Shown: in pieces, positions 1 through 4,203 of the stretch
Layout: the number at the start of each line of letters is the position of its first letter
Position numbering within the stretch: the first letter of the stretch is position 1
Source: Escherichia coli
GTDB lineage: Bacteria > Pseudomonadota > Gammaproteobacteria > Enterobacterales > Enterobacteriaceae
Assembly (NCBI RefSeq): GCF_011045215.1
Contig: NZ_CP049203.1
Reading direction: 5' to 3' (one strand)
DNA length: 4,727 nucleotides
Notes under the pieces: generated by a model
Told to the model about the DNA's origin: nothing
Databases searched by the model: none
What the model saw: only the letters and a program-made list of their open reading frames with translations
Program-made: the position numbers and the translations under genes

Positions 1-2
1 TA

Positions 3-39
3 GATGTATTTCATCCATAAATATAAGATGAAATACATC
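3..39 (-). terminator. Stem-loop just downstream of the lysozyme-like gene (13-bp stem, 11-nt loop); candidate terminator or attenuator
   Basis: gatgtatttcatc (3-15) is the exact reverse complement of gatgaaatacatc (27-39). It lies about 20 nt past the stop codon on the minus strand. The 3' flank runs off the window, so a U-tract cannot be confirmed. Confidence 0.3.
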
Positions 40-58
40 ACATATCTACAATTATATA

Positions 59-808
59 TTAACGCTTATCTCGCAACTGCGCAGCTGTATCTTTATTTCT
101 CTGATCACCTCTTTGATGTAAATTTCGATGGCTCTCTTGTGCAGCCGTCTCCCAGTCACCACGATTAACTGCAGCATTGAAATTAGGAAAATCTTTAGAT
201 AACTTAGGGATACCTAAATTAAACCCCATGTCAACCAACGCTGTTTTCCTTGAATTAGAAAAACCATCATAACCAGAATACAAAGAACGCAATCCCTTCT
301 CTGTCACTTGAACATCACTAATACATAAACCGATAACAGCATTATTTGATAAATGTAAGTTCATAGGAACTTGTCTAGAATCTTTTTTAAAATTATTAAA
401 CGCCTCTGTAATTTCCTCTTTAGATGCGGAAACCTCTTTTTCCATATCATCACCATGAGCATGCCATGTATGTGTTCTTGAAAATGGAAGGGATGCAGCC
501 ATATCAGGCGTAGATAGTAAATGACCGATTCCAACAGTAATATTTCCCTCACTGTCTTTGTACATTGTGTTTTTAAAACCTTCATGAGATTTCAAATTAT
601 TAACACACATAGTCATATAAAAACCATCATAACTCCTAGTGGAGGAAATATTTATGTGTGTCTTATCAGAAATGCCCTCATGACTATTCCCTCCAGAGTG
701 TCCACCATAGCTACTATGATTATCACCATCATAACTATGAATCGTGCCATAAGGGGTATCATGATCGTGCCATCCCGGACCTTGATTAGAACTTTCAATA
801 CCGCTCAT
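59..808 (-). CDS. T4-type lysozyme (GH24 muramidase) domain protein with Gly/Ser/His-rich N-terminal extension, 249 aa; candidate SOS-inducible cell-wall-degrading bacteriocin
   Basis: Long ORF in AT-rich DNA. Start set at ATG 808-806 (Met31 of the 279-aa track ORF) because AGAGGA lies 8 nt upstream and the earlier Met codons are upstream of the LexA box; stop TAA at 61-59. Residues ~85-249 align by eye with T4 lysozyme: SHEGFKNTMYKDSEGNITVGIGHLL vs T4L [25 protein letters not shown], with Glu, Asp and Thr at T4L-equivalent spacing (E11/D20/T26); C-terminal RKTALVDMGFNLG and DWETAAQ match T4L RRAAINMVFQMG and WDEAAV. Confidence 0.85.
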   Translation of the reverse strand: MSGIESSNQGPGWHDHDTPYGTIHSYDGDNHSSYGGHSGGNSHEGISDKTHINISSTRSYDGFYMTMCVNNLKSHEGFKNTMYKDSEGNITVGIGHLLSTPDMAASLPFSRTHTWHAHGDDMEKEVSASKEEITEAFNNFKKDSRQVPMNLHLSNNAVIGLCISDVQVTEKGLRSLYSGYDGFSNSRKTALVDMGFNLGIPKLSKDFPNFNAAVNRGDWETAAQESHRNLHQRGDQRNKDTAAQLRDKR

Positions 809-844
809 ATTAATTTCCTCTTTGACTAACAAATAACAACACCA

Positions 845-898
845 CACAAAACTGTGTTTATATACAGTATACTTACGCCTCTCCATATTCCCTGTCAA
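845..898 (-). promoter_or_regulatory. Promoter region of the lysozyme-like gene: consensus -35 TTGACA (893-898); -10 ambiguous
   Basis: Minus strand reads TTGACA-gggaatatggagaggcg-TAAGTA-TACTGTATATAAACACAG. TAAGTA (870-875) gives a 17-bp spacer but is a poor -10; TATACT (866-871) is a better hexamer but gives a 21-bp spacer. The -10 cannot be fixed from sequence alone. Confidence 0.5.
850..869 (-). promoter_or_regulatory. LexA (SOS) box
   Basis: Minus strand TACTGTATATAAACACAGTT: CTGT-N8-ACAG with AT-rich spacer, 17 of 20 matches to consensus TACTGTATATATATACAGTA, placed between the -35 and the start codon as in colicin promoters. Only one box is seen; many colicins have two. Confidence 0.65.
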
Positions 899-1036
899 GA
901 ATATGGATTTTCATTTTTGTGATATAAATCAAAAAAAATCAATCGTGAGTAGTTCCAAGAGAAACATACGCGAACACTTCATCTAATCGAAAACGAGTGA
1001 AAGATATTTCCAAGAAAAATAAATAATAAGGGCTGC

Positions 1037-1072
1037 GTTTGGGAAACGTACAATAATTTCCGTTTCCCAAAC
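1037..1072 (-). terminator. Stem-loop (12-bp stem, 12-nt loop) between cer and the bacteriocin promoter; candidate terminator or insulator for leftward transcription
   Basis: gtttgggaaacg (1037-1048) pairs with cgtttcccaaac (1061-1072). On the minus strand it is followed by GCAGCCC then a T-rich run (TTATTATTTATTTTT). The T-run is not immediately adjacent, so this is only a candidate. Confidence 0.3.
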
Positions 1073-1115
1073 CGCCCCCAATAAGGCCGCCACACTACAG
1101 CTTTTGCATTAACAC

Positions 1116-1340
1116 ATTTACCATAATCCCTTAATTGTACGCACCGCTGAAACGCTCTCAGACGCTTTCTGACGCAAAAACCGTAAAAAGAGATGTTTTC
1201 CCCCGGGTAAACCGAAAAAATGCGTCAGGAACGTTTTCAGCGCGTTGCATGACTATGCATGAAACTGAATGGCGATCGGTTTGGGCGCGTCCGGTGTCTC
1301 AAAGGCTTATTTTCGGATGTTTTCGTCCTCCGGCGTCGTT
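1116..1340 (-). other. cer: cer-like Xer site-specific recombination (multimer resolution) site: XerC/XerD core 1116-1145 plus ~190 bp accessory region
   Basis: Minus strand 1145-1116 reads GGTGCGTACAA-TTAAGGGA-TTATGGTAAAT, identical to the ColE1 cer XerC arm, 8-bp central region and XerD arm as I recall them. The accessory sequences would extend rightward on the + strand; the far boundary is approximate. Confidence 0.75.
1245..1262. promoter_or_regulatory. Candidate ArgR box within the cer accessory region
   Basis: ttGCATgactATGCAtga resembles the ARG box TnTGAATwwwwATTCAnw (two half-sites, 4-bp spacer) and lies about 100 bp from the XerC arm, where cer carries its ArgR site. The match is imperfect. 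Confidence 0.3.
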
Positions 1341-1367
1341 TTTCCGGCTCCTCCTGGTGGCCAGAAG

Positions 1368-1582
1368 CAGCACCGTAACGGTGCCTGCCTCACAGTGCTG
1401 GATCCAGCACCGCAGCACCGTAAGCAGCACCGTAAAGGGAAAATCCAGCCACAATCCAGCACCATAACAGGCACCGTTACAGTGCCTGTTGTTGATTAAC
1501 ACCATGATTAATAAGGATTAGCACTGTAGCAGTGCCGGTTACAGTGCTTGATCCAGCCACAATCCGGCACCGTTGCGGTGCT
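1368..1582. repeat. Dense cluster of short palindromes and direct repeats built on GCACCG / CAGTGC, flanking an AT-rich core (1487-1520)
   Basis: CAGCACCGTAA x3 (1368-1378, 1413-1423, 1425-1435). Palindromes: gcaccgt-a-acggtgc (1370-1384), perfect 16-bp gtgctggatccagcac (1395-1410), ggcac-N7-gtgcc (1470-1486), gcactg-tag-cagtgc (1521-1535), gcaccg-ttg-cggtgc (1567-1581). Direct repeat atccagccacaatcc[a/g]gcacc at 1443-1463 and 1551-1571. Confidence 0.6.
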
Positions 1583-1832
1583 GCGTATGGCGGAAAAACG
1601 TAAATTTTGCCACCTGAAATAATTCTAATGCACTGATTCCAAAGAGAAATCATGCAAAACGCAGTTTTGCGACAGGTGTGGTGACAGCAGGTCAGAGAAG
1701 GGGCGGATTCAGATATGAATCCGGGCCAGATCCGGGCATTAAGGGGTTCCCGGAAACATGAATAAGATTGCCAGTGCACGGGGATTTTTAATCCCCTGCC
1801 CCGTTGAGCCGCTCCACGGCGAAAAGGGGAAA

Positions 1833-1852
1833 GTAAAGTTAGCTAACTTTAC
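1833..1852. repeat. Perfect 20-bp palindrome gtaaagttagctaactttac; candidate operator or minus-strand terminator hairpin
   Basis: Self-complementary over all 20 bp. On the minus strand it is followed directly by TTTCCCCTTTTC and lies about 130 nt downstream of the stop of ORF 1981-2226. Confidence 0.5.
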
Positions 1853-1980
1853 ATGTCCTGCCCGGCGTTCACCGGTGTTTATGGCGGGGAACTGAACCAC
1901 CGGACGGGTGGAAACATGTGTATTCCTGTGTGCCCCTGTGTAATCCGGTGGATTTGTGTGTGCAAAATTCCGTAGCCGGT

Positions 1981-2226
1981 TCACCTGCGCCTCGCCGGCT
2001 GCCAGGTAAACGTGTTCTCTGCGGCACGATATGCTTTTGTTCGTTGAGCCTTTGCGCTTCTCGCTCTGCGTTCTGCCCGAATCATTCTCAAAACTTTTGC
2101 ACGCACTTTTCGCTTAACTTCCCGTGGCAGCTCTTCTTTGTCGGATAACTGCAACTGCGCAGCCTGTAAGGCATACGCATCACTGATACGCTTACGTTCT
2201 GCCACTGTCAGTTTCACCCAATACAT
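1981..2226 (-). CDS. Hypothetical small basic protein (81 aa), possibly ribbon-helix-helix-like DNA-binding or relaxosome-accessory remnant
   Basis: ORF with a G-rich Shine-Dalgarno-like sequence (GGGGGATAGGT) before the ATG. The protein is strongly basic and helix-prone (KRKVRAKVLRMIRAERRARSAKAQR). Its N-terminus WVKLTVAERKRISDAYA resembles the strand-helix start of RHH proteins. No firm homology; GC-rich DNA produces chance ORFs. Confidence 0.35.
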   Translation of the reverse strand: MYWVKLTVAERKRISDAYALQAAQLQLSDKEELPREVKRKVRAKVLRMIRAERRARSAKAQRTKAYRAAENTFTWQPARRR

Positions 2227-2322
2227 ACCTATCCCCCTGGCAACTTCCCGGAGTTATGCCTTTCGCTGTTTCCTGTTCGTTGTCGTTCGTCTGAGGTGTC
2301 GAGGCTGTGCCCTGACCAGGCA

Positions 2323-2498
2323 TTTTGTAGCACTGCCGCATCGGTGGCGGTGCTACAAAACATATCCTGTCCCGTCGATGGGGCAGGATATCACGTCCGT
2401 TAGTTTTCATCGTCCGGGGTGCAGGGGTGGCACTCCTGCCAGGCGTTTTGCTGAACGGCCATCACCGATGGCGGTTCAACAAAACATATCCTGTCCCG
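2323..2498. repeat. Two ~30-bp imperfect direct repeats (2345-2374 and 2469-2498) with associated inverted repeats
   Basis: tggcggt-NNN-acaaaacatatcctgtcccg occurs twice about 124 bp apart. An 11-bp inverted repeat ttttgtagcac / gtgctacaaaa (2323-2333 / 2350-2360) overlaps the first copy, and atatcctgtccc / ggggcaggatat (2362-2373 / 2380-2391) is a 12-bp inverted repeat with one mismatch. Confidence 0.55.
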
Positions 2499-2632
2499 CC
2501 TTTGCGTTCGCCGTTCGCGCATTGATGGCCAGCTTTGGCCAGTACACTGGCCATCACGCCGGGTCACTTTGTCAGATGTTAAAAAATCACGCGGTAAACG
2601 CCGTTATGCGCGGGTTTGCGCATGAAGCTCCC

Positions 2633-2667
2633 GTGCGTCACTTTGTCAAAAAGTCAAAGTGACGCAC
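2633..2667. repeat. Perfect 13-bp inverted repeat with 9-bp spacer (gtgcgtcactttg ... caaagtgacgcac)
   Basis: 2633-2645 is the exact reverse complement of 2655-2667. No flanking T-tract on either strand, so a protein-binding site is more likely than a terminator. Confidence 0.55.
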
Positions 2668-2816
2668 ATCAGGAACCGCCGGAACGTTCGTGTTGATGAC
2701 GGCAACATGCGCACAACGCAGACAGAAAATCGCGCACATATTCAGCAAAAAATAAGCGTCACGGGGTGTTAATTTCGTGCAGCCCACGCGTGGCAGGGCT
2801 TGTGTGATAATTTTCA

Positions 2817-2852
2817 GTGACGTCACCTGGTGTGATGACCAGGTGACGCACA
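2817..2852. repeat. Inverted repeat cgtcacctggt / accaggtgacg (11-bp arms, 6-bp spacer) carrying GTGACG(T/C)CAC motifs, about 40 bp upstream of rop
   Basis: 2821-2831 pairs with 2838-2848. The 10-bp palindrome gtgacgtcac sits at 2817-2826 and GTGACGCAC at 2844-2852; the same 9-mer occurs at 2659-2667 and inverted at 2633-2641. Confidence 0.55.
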
Positions 2853-2891
2853 GGCGGACGTAATAAACACCAGTAACGGAGACGGGAGAAC

Positions 2892-3086
2892 GTGAACAAA
2901 CAGCAACAGACCGCGCTCAACATGGCGCGATTCATCAAAAGCCAGAGCCTGACATTACTCGGGAAACTTGACGCTCTGGACGCCGACGAACAGGCCACCC
3001 TGTGCGAACGGCTACACGAACTGGCGGAAGAACTCTGTGACAGCGTACAGACGCACTTTGAGGCGCAGTACAGCACGGAACCATAA
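2892..3086 (+). CDS. rop: Rop/Rom, RNA I-RNA II pairing modulator of ColE1-type replicons (64 aa, GTG start)
   Basis: MNKQQQTALNMARFIKSQSLTLLGKLDALDADEQATLCERLHELAEELC aligns along its length with pMB1/pBR322 Rop (MTKQEKTALNMARFIRSQTLTLLEKLNELDADEQADICESLHDHADELY, from memory). It is oriented toward the origin as in pBR322. Stop TAA at 3084-3086; GGAGA/GGGAGA precedes the GTG. Confidence 0.9.
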   Translation: MNKQQQTALNMARFIKSQSLTLLGKLDALDADEQATLCERLHELAEELCDSVQTHFEAQYSTEP

Positions 3087-3796
3087 CAGGGGCTGGCGAA
3101 AGCGGTCGCGGCTCGTCCGTGAGCGTTTTCGCCAGCAGACAAGCCCGGAGAGCGCGTCAGGACATGGGCTGAGAGAAACACCGGCGCGTAAGTGCTCAAA
3201 TCAGACTGGCGGAGACATTCCGCTTCCTCGCCCACTCGCTCACTACGTTCGGTCGCTGGGGCTGCGGCGAGCGGTGACGGCTCTCTCATAACGGCGGACA
3301 GTTTATCCACAGAATCGGGGGATAAGCCGGACAGAACATGTGAGCAAAAAGCACGAACAAAAAGGCCGCGGCGGGGCCGTTTTTCCATAGGCTCCGCCTC
3401 CCCCTGGCGAGCTTCACACTTTTCGAAGCTGCAAGCCTAGGATTTGACGAAACCCGATGTGGCTTCAAGATCATCACCGTTTCCGGTGAATCGCTCCCCC
3501 CTGCGACCTCCACATTCCCGCCATATCGTTTGCCGGATACCTTACCGCCTTTCCCCTTGCGGGACCGTGGCGCTTTCTCATAGCTCACGTGCATCTCTGC
3601 GGTATCTCGGGCGACTTAGGCAGTTCGCTCCAGGTCTGGCTGTATGCAGGACCCCCCCTTTCAGCCTGACTGCTGCGCCTGTTCCGGTAACTGTTCTCTT
3701 GAGGCCAACCCGGAAAGACACGCCTTAACGCCACTGGCAGCAGCCACTGGTAACTGGATTTGCAGAGCGAGATGTATACAGATGGTTACAGAGTTC

Positions 3797-3825
3797 TTGA
3801 GTAACAGCCCTCTTATGGCTACACT
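3797..3825 (+). promoter_or_regulatory. RNA I promoter (-35 TTGAGT, 17-bp spacer, -10 TACACT)
   Basis: Positionally equivalent to the pBR322 RNA I promoter (TTGAAG-N17-TACACT), with the transcript start about 7 nt downstream. Confidence 0.6.
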
Positions 3826-3831
3826 AGAGGG

Positions 3832-3940
3832 ACAGTTTTTAGGTAATCTGCGCTCTGCGATAGCCAGTTACCATTGGAACAATGAGAAGGTGAGATGTCT
3901 CATCGCTCCCGGAAAAAACCGCCTTACGGCGGTTTTTTCC
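3832..3940 (+). ncRNA. RNA I (antisense replication inhibitor)
   Basis: Begins ACAGTTTTTAGGTAATCTGCGCTCTGC (pMB1 RNA I begins ACAGTATTTGGTATCTGCGCTCTGC) and ends in the hairpin plus U-tract aaaaaaccgcc-ttac-ggcggtttttt (3913-3936). About 108 nt, antisense to the 5' end of RNA II. Confidence 0.8.
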
Positions 3941-3953
3941 GTTTACAAGCCGA

Positions 3954-3982
3954 AGATTACGCGCAGCGGCAAAGGATCTCAA
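3954..3982 (-). promoter_or_regulatory. RNA II promoter (-35 TTGAGA, 17-bp spacer, -10 TAATCT)
   Basis: Minus strand reads TTGAGA-tcctttgccgctgcgcg-TAATCT-tcggctt-G. The hexamers are identical to the pBR322 RNA II promoter. Confidence 0.7.
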
Positions 3983-4203
3983 GAGGATCTTTTGCGATCC
4001 GCCTGAAACTCATCACCGTAATTCCGTCTGTGGAATAAACGCAACCTTTTGCACATTATCGGTTAAATCATAACGAATTTGCATATACAACTGCGGTTCA
4101 AAGCCAGTAAACTGGGGGGCGAAGCCCAACCGTTACCAGCTTTGGTGACGTAATTTCCTGAAGTTCCAGCGTAGAACACCAGTTACCAAAAAACGAACAC
4201 AAC

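Larger units (their letters stand above)
3390..3946 (-). ncRNA. RNA II (replication primer precursor)
   Basis: Start placed at the G of GTAAAC, 7 nt after the -10 TAATCT, by analogy with pBR322 (TAATCT-gctgctt-GCAAAC). The 3' end is placed near the ggctccgcc block matching the pMB1 origin. Coordinates within about 20 nt. Confidence 0.75.
3390..3982 (-). other. ColE1/pMB1-type origin of replication (RNA II primer region to RNA II promoter)
   Basis: Colinear similarity to the pMB1 origin as recalled from pBR322/pUC: ttttccataggctccgcc..., cgtggcgctttctcatagctcacg, ccggtaactgt..cttgag.ccaacccgg, ccactggcagcagccactggtaac, ggctacactaga.ggacagt, gattacgcgcag....aaaggatctcaaga.gatc. The 5' boundary (RNA/DNA switch) is approximate. 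Confidence 0.9.

Noticed and set aside
361-829. ORFs 361-585 (-) and 521-829 (+) inside the lysozyme-like gene
   Set aside because: Alternative-frame or antisense ORFs nested in a well-supported gene; low-complexity translations, no start signals.
809-898. N-terminal 30 codons of the 279-aa track ORF (MTGNMERRKYTVYKHSFVWCCYLLVKEEIN)
   Set aside because: These codons overlap the -35 element and LexA box and have no ribosome binding site; the ATG at 808 has a good Shine-Dalgarno. The real start is taken as 808.
1146-1210. Pcer promoter and Rcd RNA coordinates inside cer
   Set aside because: Expected by analogy with ColE1, but no convincing -35/-10 pair could be placed by eye, so it is not annotated as a feature.
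1368-1582. CRISPR array
   Set aside because: The repeats are short, heterogeneous and irregularly spaced, with no constant repeat-spacer period and no cas genes.
1135-1779. ORFs 1135-1467 (+), 1269-1499 (+), 1299-1505 (-), 1477-1779 (-)
   Set aside because: They overlap the cer site and the palindromic repeat array. The translations are repeat-driven (runs of HR/QH/TV) with no ribosome binding sites, so they are chance ORFs in GC-rich DNA.
1739-2148. ORFs 1739-1984 (-) and 1918-2148 (+)
   Set aside because: No ribosome binding sites and implausible Pro/Cys-rich compositions. The run of minus-strand ORFs in shifting frames was considered as a frameshifted relaxase pseudogene, but no relaxase-like motifs are recognisable by eye.
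2138-2662. 174-aa ORF on the + strand
   Set aside because: Cys/Arg-rich translation (CNCAACKAY..., VVRLRCRGCALTRH) spanning the direct and inverted repeat region, with no convincing start context; most likely a GC-rich artefact.
2192-2826. ORFs 2192-2410 (-) and 2638-2826 (-)
   Set aside because: Short, no ribosome binding site; 2638-2826 starts at a GTG inside a palindrome. They overlap repeat structures that more plausibly act as DNA sites.
3195-3215. ColE1 bom/oriT nick site near cagACTGGCggag between rop and the origin
   Set aside because: Only a short ACTGGC match to the pBR322 nic-region sequence as I remember it. The surrounding sequence does not align confidently and no relaxase is present. 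It needs a real alignment before being called.
2759-3440. ORFs 2759-3388 (-), 2968-3291 (+), 3192-3440 (+)
   Set aside because: Antisense to or out of frame with rop, and extending into the conserved origin-proximal segment. Typical long spurious ORFs in GC-rich DNA.
3286-4006. ORFs 3286-3594 (-), 3444-3728 (+), 3644-4006 (+)
   Set aside because: They lie entirely within the RNA II / RNA I origin region, whose conservation is explained by RNA function; ColE1-type origins encode no protein here.
4012-4084. Small minus-strand ORF (about 23 codons, MQIRYDLTDNVQKVAFIPQTELR), checked as a possible lysis or release lipoprotein
   Set aside because: No signal peptide or lipobox cysteine, and no ribosome binding site. 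No BRP-like gene was found by eye.
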